From a virus (Duplodnaviria; Caudoviricetes): DNA of 35,722 nt. The notes under the pieces are model-generated. The model had not been told where the DNA came from. It did not search any database and saw nothing but the letters and a program-made list of their open reading frames with translations. Made by a program: the position numbers and the translations under genes. This document shows positions 8,592-15,528 of the stretch, in pieces (within the stretch, counting starts at the first letter, position 1; each line of letters starts with the position of its first letter). The stretch lies in IMG/VR virus record IMGVR_UViG_3300020045_000192, positions 1-35,722 of that record; one strand, given 5' to 3'.

Positions 8592-8740
8592 AGACGCTCC
8601 AATGCAAAATCAATTGCTACAAGTGCAGCTTCTTCAACTTCAAAGTTTGGATGGTAGATTTGTGTTTCTGTGTGTGACAAGGCTTCACGCGCCAAAGTCA
8701 GGGCTTGTTTAAGCTGTTCAATCAATGCTTTTTCGCTCAT
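8588..8740 (-). CDS. 50-aa hypothetical protein
   Basis: MSEKALIEQLKQALTLAREAL...; ATGA-coupled. Confidence 0.6.
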   Translation of the reverse strand: MSEKALIEQLKQALTLAREALSHTETQIYHPNFEVEEAALVAIDFALERL

Positions 8741-8940
8741 TTGGTCACCTCTGCGTCAACAATGCGAATCAGGGCAGCAATCATGTCTTTTGCTTGGTCT
8801 TTGGTCAAAGTGACATGGCAACGGGCAGCTTCAACCACCACGTTTAACCATACACCGCCATCATGTGCATCAACATGGATGTGGCGGCGCTTGCGTGTCG
8901 TTTCAATGCGTGTTTCGAGTTCCATTTCATAGCCTTTCAT
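8737..8940 (-). CDS. Hypothetical protein
   Basis: Coupled ORF; the true start may be MELETR. Confidence 0.65.
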   Translation of the reverse strand: MKGYEMELETRIETTRKRRHIHVDAHDGGVWLNVVVEAARCHVTLTKDQAKDMIAALIRIVDAEVTK

Positions 8941-9110
8941 TTACGTTCTTCAACTCGTTCTCTTACTGTTTCAACCAACCCAACCCACAAACCTGACGAA
9001 TCATCTTCCAAGTCTTGCGCCCGTTTCTTGGCATAAGGTATCCAGCCCTTCTGCAAAGCCATCTTTGTCAGATGCTCCACTTGTTGCTCGAATACTTGGT
9101 TGAAATCCAT
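8937..9110 (-). CDS. 57-aa hypothetical protein
   Basis: MDFNQVFEQQVEHLTKMA..GW..YAK.RA; overlaps the 3' half of 9001-9213. Confidence 0.6.
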   Translation of the reverse strand: MDFNQVFEQQVEHLTKMALQKGWIPYAKKRAQDLEDDSSGLWVGLVETVRERVEERK

Positions 9111-9213
9111 CTAAGTCGCCTGTCAGTTCAAGTGCTTTGTTGATTGTGTCTAGATTATAAGACAGATTATCCTTGATTCCATCTAAAACTTCTCTTGCTT
9201 GCAATAAATTCAT
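9001..9213 (-). CDS. Hypothetical protein
   Basis: ATGA-coupled to the upstream gene; ALELTGDL motif. Confidence 0.55.
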   Translation of the reverse strand: MNLLQAREVLDGIKDNLSYNLDTINKALELTGDLDGFQPSIRATSGASDKDGFAEGLDTLCQETGARLGR

Positions 9214-9593
9214 GGCTCGTAGCTTTTCCGCAACGCTGCAAGTTTTGCAAGTGCTTCAGCCTTAACTCGCTCACCTTCTGCAATTTCAGCCTGAGTTTTT
9301 TGTCGCGTAATAGCAACAACAGGCTTATCAGGAATGTTTGGCCCTGCATTGCACATCTCGCGGAAAGTTACTGCGCTCGGTGGAAACTCACCTTTAAGGT
9401 GGGCTAAAGCATAGTCAAGGCTTGGCTTGTAAGTCAGGAATCGACCAAGACGCTCTTTCCATACCTGGCGAATGATTTGCGGGTCTACGTTTTGCCAGTT
9501 GGTTTCAAACCTAGCGCCATATATTGCGTTCATCGTGCTGAAGATGTAGTCAAATCCAGAATCAGCATCACAGAAGTCGTTTTGGTTCCACAT
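9210..9593 (-). CDS. Putative helicase loader (lambda P-like position)
   Basis: IF..M.AIYG.RF...W and FPPS...F..MC motifs; follows the initiator gene. Confidence 0.6.
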   Translation of the reverse strand: MWNQNDFCDADSGFDYIFSTMNAIYGARFETNWQNVDPQIIRQVWKERLGRFLTYKPSLDYALAHLKGEFPPSAVTFREMCNAGPNIPDKPVVAITRQKTQAEIAEGERVKAEALAKLAALRKSYEP

Positions 9594-10365
9594 TTGGAAT
9601 CTCCTCAAGAACAGTTACAGGTTGTGACCAGAATGGTTGTGGCTTTGGCGTTGACATTCCACGGGTCAACTGAGCCATGTGGTTTTGACGCTTGTCGGCA
9701 GTAGATTGTTTCTTTTCAACCCAATCAGCTTCAAAACTAATCCAGTTCTTTAAACAGCAATGACTGATTGCTTGCTCAATAGGCCAGCCAGCTTTTTCAG
9801 CCTGGTTAATAAACTTCTTCCATCCTGTTTCTGTAAGTGTCTTTGCCTTCTTGTCCTTGCGAACAGTCATCCAATCATTCCAAACTTGCTGGTCAACAAA
9901 ATCAGGACAAGCAACGCTAGTTGCGTTCTTCTCTTTCTTTTTAATGTTTGAAGGTGAAGGTGAAGGTGATGTGCTATCTGCCGAGCATTGCTCCGAGTAT
10001 GCTTCGACTATGCTTGGAGCATTTTTATTACCCCAACGAGCCTGTGCGCCCTTCAATCCACGCTCTTTGTTGGCTTTTTTGTTGTGATTGGCTTTGACCA
10101 TCTCATTTTCAACACGCGATTGAAACCATGCTCCATCTTGTATTTCAAAGAATGGCTCAAGCATAGTCCGAGCATTAGCCCAAGCATCAGGTGAAAGTTT
10201 TGTAATCTGAGCAAGGACTGCATCATTGTCAGGCGGCGCACCGCTTTTCCAATAGTCCATCAGCAAGAGCAAATAAGCCCCGTGTTGCTCAGTAGTCAGC
10301 CGTGAAGTGGCAGACAAATAATCCGCAATGTATAGCGGCATCCATATATCAACTTTTGTAGCCAT
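9568..10365 (-). CDS. Replication initiator, YdaU/DUF1376 family
   Basis: WMPLYIADYL..T..LT.EQHGAY.LLL..YW; G.KGA.ARW; SPSPSPS linker; C-terminal W.DW...RK domain. Confidence 0.85.
   Translation of the reverse strand: MATKVDIWMPLYIADYLSATSRLTTEQHGAYLLLLMDYWKSGAPPDNDAVLAQITKLSPDAWANARTMLEPFFEIQDGAWFQSRVENEMVKANHNKKANKERGLKGAQARWGNKNAPSIVEAYSEQCSADSTSPSPSPSNIKKKEKNATSVACPDFVDQQVWNDWMTVRKDKKAKTLTETGWKKFINQAEKAGWPIEQAISHCCLKNWISFEADWVEKKQSTADKRQNHMAQLTRGMSTPKPQPFWSQPVTVLEEIPNVEPKRLL
9982..10190. repeat. Putative replication origin: two inverted clusters of AGCAT-core iterons
   Basis: Repeats at ~11-12 bp period in 9982-10022 and 10158-10190; GACTATGCTTG (10006-10016) is the reverse complement of CAAGCATAGTC (10158-10168). 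Confidence 0.6.
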
Positions 10366-10392
10366 AAGGCTTTCTCCGCAAACTCCCTGAAA

Positions 10393-10458
10393 GAAACAAG
10401 CGGCAGGGGGGGAGTACCCTTTTCGGTTTGGAGATCAGGCCAAACCTAGCCGTGTTTC
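10393..10458 (-). ncRNA. c4-like three-way-junction RNA in the leader of the initiator gene
   Basis: GAAACA-CGGC-UA-GGUUUGG(CCUGAUCU)CCAAACC-GAAA-AGGG(UACUCCCC)CCCU-GCCG-CU-UGUUUC. Confidence 0.7.
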
Positions 10459-10463
10459 AAAAC

Positions 10464-10491
10464 ATTATATCTTGAGAAGAATCAGAATCAA
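10464..10491 (-). promoter_or_regulatory. sigma70 promoter for the c4-like RNA and initiator
   Basis: TTGATT-16 bp-TATAAT just upstream of the RNA 5' end. Confidence 0.6.
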
Positions 10492-10518
10492 GATAACGAT
10501 AACAAGAAAATGGAACAT
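10465..10518 (-). CDS. 17-aa hydrophobic micropeptide
   Basis: MFHFLVIVILILILLKI; TGATG coupling to the upstream ORF. Confidence 0.35.
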   Translation of the reverse strand: MFHFLVIVILILILLKI

Positions 10519-10667
10519 CAGTTAAACCAAAGGTAAAAACCGTGAAGGATGCCGATTGGGAAAAAGATAGCGCCAGCCACTAAGAAGCCCCAAAAGCCAT
10601 GTGCAAAGCAAGTGAAGATGTGGGTAAGCCAGGCAAAGAAACACAGGAAAGCAATAAATCCACCCAT
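10518..10667 (-). CDS. 49-aa membrane protein
   Basis: MGGFIAFLCFFAWLTHIFTCFAHGFWGFLVAGAIFFPIGILHGFYLWFN; TAATG coupling to MazG. Confidence 0.7.
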   Translation of the reverse strand: MGGFIAFLCFFAWLTHIFTCFAHGFWGFLVAGAIFFPIGILHGFYLWFN

Positions 10668-10975
10668 TACGCTTCCTTTACAAAAATGCCATCGGCGTTC
10701 ATTGAACCTTTGCGGTCTTTGATTTGCTCATAGGCGGCTTCAAGGCAGTCAGTCAGATTTACATCTAGCAAGGCACAGACGTTAATCAGGCAAACTAATG
10801 TATCTCCCGCCCCATCTATTGCAGCTTCTCTGTTGTTATCACGCAACGCATCCACCAATTCGTTCACTTCTTCACAGGCCTTGATAGCCTGCGCCATAGG
10901 TGTGCTGTTTGGAATGATTTTTCGAGCTTCTGACCAGCGGATTACCGCCATTTCAAGTTCAGCAAATGTACTCAT
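10667..10975 (-). CDS. MazG-like NTP pyrophosphohydrolase
   Basis: Q..K..EE..EL..A...D..GD.LV.L...CL..AY..IKDRKG.M..G.FVKE. Confidence 0.85.
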   Translation of the reverse strand: MSTFAELEMAVIRWSEARKIIPNSTPMAQAIKACEEVNELVDALRDNNREAAIDGAGDTLVCLINVCALLDVNLTDCLEAAYEQIKDRKGSMNADGIFVKEA

Positions 10976-11127
10976 TAGAAACAGCTCGTAGTGCAAGATT
11001 GACCATTACCAAAGCAAGTGGTTGTGCAAGTGACCATCTTGCCGTTCATCATGTAGGTGTTGGTGTACATCTGAGCGTTTGCGGTAAATGCAAGCGTTGC
11101 CAAGATGATTGCGATTGCTTTTTTCAT
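10975..11127 (-). CDS. Secreted Cys-rich miniprotein (50 aa)
   Basis: MKKAIAIILATLAFTANA|QMYTNTYMMNGKMVTCTTTCFGNGQSCTTSCF; AAAGGAG RBS. Confidence 0.75.
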   Translation of the reverse strand: MKKAIAIILATLAFTANAQMYTNTYMMNGKMVTCTTTCFGNGQSCTTSCF

Positions 11128-11141
11128 ATTTACTCCTTTGT

Positions 11142-11297
11142 TTAAAACCATTCAGGGCGTATCAACTTGAGCTGCCAGATACGGTGCTTTGGTATTCCAT
11201 CGCGTTTCCATATCCAAACAGCGCCTCTTGTTACGCCCAATAGACGGGCAAGCTCACTCTGTGAGCCAGCGTTCTTGATAAGCTGTGTGATAGTCAT
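11142..11297 (-). CDS. Cro-like HTH regulator
   Basis: GSQSELARLLGVTRGAVWIW...IP..R..QL...RPEWF; first gene of the leftward arm. Confidence 0.85.
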   Translation of the reverse strand: MTITQLIKNAGSQSELARLLGVTRGAVWIWKRDGIPKHRIWQLKLIRPEWF

Positions 11298-11400
11298 GGC
11301 GCAAGTGTATAGATATTTTGACAAAAATACAACATAAAGCAAATATTTTTTTATTTCTTGATTGTGTTTTGATAAATCGGTCTAAATTGCTATACACTTC
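11298..11400. promoter_or_regulatory. Divergent early promoters sharing an inverted 10-mer
   Basis: Minus: TTGTAT-17-TACACT; plus: TTGATA-18-TACACT; AAGTGTATAG (11303-11312) and CTATACACTT (11390-11399). Confidence 0.65.
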
Positions 11401-11443
11401 ATTCATCCCGCAGCGCAACGCAAACGGTACTTTAGGAAACAAA

Positions 11444-11638
11444 ATGAAACTTAACGACACCACCCGCACCTACCCACGCACTCTTGAAGAAGCGTTCCCA
11501 GACAACGTTGAAGACCAGCAACGCTTGCAACAGAATCAATGGATGGAAACACACGCACCTGATTACGAAAAGTGGCTAAACATTGTTTACGCCTTTGCCG
11601 CAGGTTTCATCGTAGCAATGTTGGCATTTGGAGCATAA
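11444..11638 (+). CDS. Small protein with C-terminal TM helix
   Basis: TAGGA RBS; TTRTYPRTLEEAFP motif; hydrophobic tail. Confidence 0.7.
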   Translation: MKLNDTTRTYPRTLEEAFPDNVEDQQRLQQNQWMETHAPDYEKWLNIVYAFAAGFIVAMLAFGA

Positions 11639-11640
11639 AC

Positions 11641-12195
11641 ATGAAAAACATCGCATCAGCTTTGGTCAAAGCACAAAAAGCCTTTGGCCCTGCACTCAAG
11701 ACTTCCACCAATCCGCACTTTCGTTCAAAGTATGCTGACCTTTCAGCTTGCGTTGAAGCTGTTATTGACGCGCTTAACAACAATGGCATTTTCTTGCTTC
11801 AAAAGAACTATGACTGCGCCGATGGCATTATGTGTGAAACAGTCTTTGTCCATGAATCAGGCGAAATGCTTGAATGTGGCATTGTTCACTTTCCTGCGGT
11901 CAAAAAAGACCCACAAGGCTATGCTTCTGCGCTGACATACGCCAGACGTTACAGCTTGATGGCGGCTTGCGGCATTGCCCCTGAAGATGATGATGGCAAC
12001 AAAGCCTCACGCCCTGAAAAAACTGTGGTTGATTCAAACTTGATGGCTGACCACATCACAGCAATTCAAGACGCAACTGACGAAACAACGCTTAAAGCCG
12101 CTTACCAAGCTGCTTACAAAGCCTGTGGCACAGACGCTAACTGGCAGAAAAAAATTATTGCGGTCAAAGATGAAAAGAAAGCGAGCCTGAAATGA
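11641..12195 (+). CDS. erf: ERF-family single-strand annealing protein
   Basis: NPHFRSKYADL, HESGE, PQGYASALTYARRYSL and EDDDGN motifs. Confidence 0.92.
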   Translation: MKNIASALVKAQKAFGPALKTSTNPHFRSKYADLSACVEAVIDALNNNGIFLLQKNYDCADGIMCETVFVHESGEMLECGIVHFPAVKKDPQGYASALTYARRYSLMAACGIAPEDDDGNKASRPEKTVVDSNLMADHITAIQDATDETTLKAAYQAAYKACGTDANWQKKIIAVKDEKKASLK

Positions 12196-12230
12196 TTGAG
12201 CAAGGGCATCTTGTGTGATACGATGTGAGC

Positions 12231-12725
12231 ATGATTACAAAACATGACCTCATTGAATTGTTTGATGTTTATTCAGATGAAGGAAAATTTGTCTGGAAGA
12301 ACGTATCAAAACATCACAAACGTCTTAATGGACAAGAAGCAGGATGCCCTGCCGTCAATCAAAATGGAAAAATTTACTGGAACATAAAAATCAACAACAA
12401 ACGATACAAACGTAGTCGATTGATGTTTCTTTATGTTTATGGTGAATTTCCAAATCCATGCGTTGACCACATCAACGGCAACTCTCTTGATGACAGGATT
12501 GAAAATCTTAGAGAAGCAACTGTTATTGAAAACGCATGGAATCACAAAAAAAGAAAAAGAAGAATTGATTTGCCAATGGGTGTGAGAAACATGGCAAATG
12601 GAAAATTCCAAGCAAGGATTAGCTACAAAGGTAAGCAATTGCATCTTGGGGTGTTTGATACACCAGATGAAGCAAAAGCGATTTATGAAACAAAACGAAA
12701 GGAACTTTATGGAAAATTCGCTTGA
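12231..12725 (+). CDS. HNH homing endonuclease with AP2-like domain
   Basis: VDHINGNSLDDRIENLREAT..EN..N...LPMGV...HLG.FDT; AT-rich DNA. Confidence 0.9.
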   Translation: MITKHDLIELFDVYSDEGKFVWKNVSKHHKRLNGQEAGCPAVNQNGKIYWNIKINNKRYKRSRLMFLYVYGEFPNPCVDHINGNSLDDRIENLREATVIENAWNHKKRKRRIDLPMGVRNMANGKFQARISYKGKQLHLGVFDTPDEAKAIYETKRKELYGKFA

Positions 12726-13353
12726 GATTACTCAGGGAAGTGATGCTTGGTTTGCTCAACGACTGGGCAAAGTGACTGCAAGCCGTGTTGCTGACGTTAT
12801 CGCCAAGACAAAGACGGGTTACAGCACCAGCCGTGACAACTACATGGCTCAGTTGGTCTGTGAGCGTATGACCAACACCGTAGCCGAATCCTATTCAAAT
12901 TCAGCTATGCAATGGGGTACTGAAACAGAACCATTGGCTAGGGCGGCGTATGAAGCCCATGCTGACGTTTTAGTGGATGAAGTTGCCATGATTACCCATC
13001 CAACGATTGAAGCCGCTGGCGCTTCTCCTGACGGGCTTGTGGGTGATGTTGGACAGCTTGAGATTAAGTGTCCCAATACGGCAACGCACATTGACACCTT
13101 GTTAAGCCAAACAGTGCCAGGCAAGTACAACACCCAAATGCAATGGCAAATGGCTTGCACTGGTCGCCAATGGTGTGACTTTGTATCGTTTGACCCACGG
13201 TTGCCCACAGAACTTCAATTGTTTGTAAAGCGCGTTCCCCGTGATGCTGCTTACATTCAAATGCTTGAAGAAGAAGTCAAAAAGTTCTTGGTTGAACTCG
13301 ATGGCAAAATTACGAAACTTAACGAACTGAAAGAAAAAAATGGAAACTCGTGA
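12709..13353 (+). CDS. YqaJ / lambda-exonuclease family recombinase
   Basis: QGS..W...RLGKVTAS, MQWG...EP.AR, ASPDGLV, EIKCP and QMQWQM motifs. Confidence 0.93.
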   Translation: MENSLEITQGSDAWFAQRLGKVTASRVADVIAKTKTGYSTSRDNYMAQLVCERMTNTVAESYSNSAMQWGTETEPLARAAYEAHADVLVDEVAMITHPTIEAAGASPDGLVGDVGQLEIKCPNTATHIDTLLSQTVPGKYNTQMQWQMACTGRQWCDFVSFDPRLPTELQLFVKRVPRDAAYIQMLEEEVKKFLVELDGKITKLNELKEKNGNS

Positions 13354-13573
13354 AATGACTTATGGTGAAAAAGCGGTTGGTTTGACATTTAACCCAAGCA
13401 ATGATGATGCAGTTGCGCAGTGCAAACAAGAATTTGCTGCTGTTATTGACAGAATGAACAATTTGCGCAATCAAACAGACAATACTGAAGTAAAGCGCAT
13501 GGCAAGTGTTGCAATCACAGAAGCTCAAACAGCGCAGATGTGGGCAGTAAAAGCAATCACTTGGAAATTTTAA
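13340..13573 (+). CDS. Acb2/Vs.4-like helical-hairpin protein (putative cyclic-nucleotide sponge)
   Basis: 77 aa, two helices, C-terminal R.ASVAITEAQTAQMWAVKAI. Confidence 0.55.
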   Translation: METREMTYGEKAVGLTFNPSNDDAVAQCKQEFAAVIDRMNNLRNQTDNTEVKRMASVAITEAQTAQMWAVKAITWKF

Positions 13574-13582
13574 GGAAACACA

Positions 13583-13837
13583 ATGGCAATAATTTATGAA
13601 GTGACTGTCCGAGCTGGCACATACCAAAAAGACGGACAAGAAAAAGTGCGTTACCAGCGTATTGGCAGCGTCATTGAGACAAAGAAAGGAATGATGCTTA
13701 AGTTGGATTCTGTGCCTTTGGTTGAAGGCGGTTGGGAGGGTTGGGCTTACTTGTTCACACCAAAAGAAGGCGATCAGAAGTTTGCGCCAGCCAAGCAGTC
13801 AAATGATGGCTTTCCAGACGATGACATTCAGTTTTAA
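13583..13837 (+). CDS. Small SSB-like protein
   Basis: beta-rich body with acidic DDDIQF tail; lies in the recombination operon. Confidence 0.6.
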   Translation: MAIIYEVTVRAGTYQKDGQEKVRYQRIGSVIETKKGMMLKLDSVPLVEGGWEGWAYLFTPKEGDQKFAPAKQSNDGFPDDDIQF

Positions 13838-13844
13838 TTGATTT

Positions 13845-13929
13845 TGGCGAAAGCGGATGCTGTTAGATAACGCCCAACCAAGTGATTCAGTTCATGCGGT
13901 GCAGCCCTAACAGACGTAGCGAGTAGCCA
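13845..13929 (+). ncRNA. Structured RNA candidate with loop-E-like motif
   Basis: UGGC/GCCA, GAAA/GAGUA internal loop, GC/GC, AUG/CGU, CUGUUAG/CUAACAG. Confidence 0.55.
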
Positions 13930-13950
13930 CCCATTTGCATAGGAACCAAT

Positions 13951-14253
13951 ATGTTTAAATTTATACGAGCAAGAGCAACAGACGCAATCACCAGCTTTCA
14001 AGCGGCTGATTCAATCAAAGACGTAGCCAAAATGCACCAAGAAGTCATTGTGGCTGCACTGCAACGGTTTGGACCACTTGGCAAAGACGGAATTGCAGAA
14101 CGCACAGGACTTCAAAGCAACCAAGTAGCCAGACGAATGAACGAGCTTCAAAAGCTAGATTTGATTGAATTGACAGGCAATCAAGTTCAATCCCAAAGCG
14201 GCAGGGCAGAACGTGAATGGCGATTCAAGCCAGTTCAACAGGAATTGTTATGA
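13951..14253 (+). CDS. Winged-HTH DNA-binding protein
   Basis: RARATD..TS..AA; IAERTGL...QVARRMNEL; SGR.EREW. Confidence 0.7.
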   Translation: MFKFIRARATDAITSFQAADSIKDVAKMHQEVIVAALQRFGPLGKDGIAERTGLQSNQVARRMNELQKLDLIELTGNQVQSQSGRAEREWRFKPVQQELL

Positions 14254-14549
14254 AAACACCACACAAACACGCAGAACTTATTAAGGCATGGGCTGATGGT
14301 TCTGAAATCCAAATTAAGTTTTATAACGGTTGGCGAGATATTCAACCAATTGATTGGAGTGAACACGCTGAGTTTCGCATCAAGCCAGAGCCAAAGCCAG
14401 ACATGGTTTACTACGGCGCATTGGACGAGCCAGCACGCGGGGCTTACACCTTGCACACTTGCTTTACGCGTCAACAAGATTCACGCGACCAAGTTAAGCT
14501 CACATTTGATGGCGAAACAGGAAAACTTAAATCAGTAAAAATGCTGTGA
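14250..14549 (+). CDS. Hypothetical phage protein
   Basis: MKTPHKHAELIKAWADG.EIQ...RIKP; ATGA-coupled. Confidence 0.7.
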   Translation: MKTPHKHAELIKAWADGSEIQIKFYNGWRDIQPIDWSEHAEFRIKPEPKPDMVYYGALDEPARGAYTLHTCFTRQQDSRDQVKLTFDGETGKLKSVKML

Positions 14550-14591
14550 TTACGTTTTTGATTTTTGCACTTTTGATTGATTGGATGATTG

Positions 14592-14843
14592 ATGATTGTT
14601 AATGCGTTTCACAAGGATTACGTTTCAACGTATATGCCTGAATTTTTAAGCACAATCCGCAAAGAAGCGGATGCCAAGGCAAACGGTATGAAGTTTGGCA
14701 CAAAGGCAAGAGCCACACGCGAAAGCGATGGCAGAACCAAAACAAGCGCCTTGAGCGACTTTCCAAAGACCAAGCGCGTGTCAATTGAACGCACAGACTT
14801 TTTTGTTTATTCAAAGGCAGGGATGCCAAAGGGGGTTAAATGA
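14592..14843 (+). CDS. Hypothetical protein
   Basis: ORF coupled to the next gene. Confidence 0.6.
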   Translation: MIVNAFHKDYVSTYMPEFLSTIRKEADAKANGMKFGTKARATRESDGRTKTSALSDFPKTKRVSIERTDFFVYSKAGMPKGVK

Positions 14844-15052
14844 ATGAGCCAGCGTTCCCAGTAAAAGCAGAGCCGTTCAGTCGTGACGACAAAAAAGGCA
14901 TGACCCTGCGCGATTACTTTGCAGCCAAGGCGATGCAGGCTTTGATTCACTCATTTGGATACCGCGAAGGTAACAACATAGTAATTCCAAATAACGTATC
15001 AGGCCATGCCTATACGATGGCAGACGCAATGATGAAAGCGAGGCAAGAATGA
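14840..15052 (+). CDS. Conserved small phage protein
   Basis: PAFP...GMTLRDYFAAKAMQ...AY.MADAM.KAR. Confidence 0.8.
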   Translation: MNEPAFPVKAEPFSRDDKKGMTLRDYFAAKAMQALIHSFGYREGNNIVIPNNVSGHAYTMADAMMKARQE

Positions 15053-15234
15053 GCGATGGCGGCAAAGGCGACAAGCAGCGACCCACGGACCACAAAAAGT
15101 GGTCAAGCGGCTATGACAACATTCAATGGACAACAGAAGAAGATGAAGAATTCAACCGTATTCAAGACCGTACTAGCACCGAACGCCCCTTGGCCTTACC
15201 AGCCACCGAAAGCGAAAGAGCCAAAACCAGTTAA
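15049..15234 (+). CDS. Hypothetical protein
   Basis: MSDGGKGDKQRP...YDNI.W; ATGA-coupled. Confidence 0.6.
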   Translation: MSDGGKGDKQRPTDHKKWSSGYDNIQWTTEEDEEFNRIQDRTSTERPLALPATESERAKTS

Positions 15235-15248
15235 GCCACCAAAGTCAA

Positions 15249-15443
15249 ATGAGAACAAATGCAAGATTGCCGTTACACATCGAAAGCGTGACAAGCTATC
15301 GGGGCGACTCTTGCCTAACGATTGGGTGGCTTAATCGTGAACAGCGTGTTGCAAAGGTCAAAGAACAAAGGCTTTGGCGTTGCAAACGCTGTGACGAATA
15401 CTTTCAAACACTAGCAGAAGCAAGGGAACACAAACATGGTTGA
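15249..15443 (+). CDS. Small Zn-finger-like protein
   Basis: WRCKRCDEYF....A.EHKH; start uncertain. Confidence 0.5.
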   Translation: MRTNARLPLHIESVTSYRGDSCLTIGWLNREQRVAKVKEQRLWRCKRCDEYFQTLAEAREHKHG

Positions 15444-15528
15444 ACTAATTGGCTTTCTATTTGCCTCAGTAGTCTTGTCTGTGGTTGTGTTTCTTCTTGT
15501 TCTTGCTTTGTTAGTTGCTCAAGACTGA
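15436..15528 (+). CDS. 30-aa single-TM peptide
   Basis: MVELIGFLFASVVLSVVVFLLVLALLVAQD with AGGGA RBS; converges on the endolysin gene. Confidence 0.5.
   Translation: MVELIGFLFASVVLSVVVFLLVLALLVAQD

Noticed and set aside
13845-13929. Possible tRNA or known self-cleaving ribozyme
   Set aside because: No T-loop or cloverleaf; hammerhead, twister, pistol and hairpin catalytic cores not recognisable
14546-14602. 18-aa hydrophobic micro-ORF (GTG start, ITFLIFALLIDWMIDDC)
   Set aside because: GTGA coupling is suggestive, but it is too short and T-rich to support without conservation data
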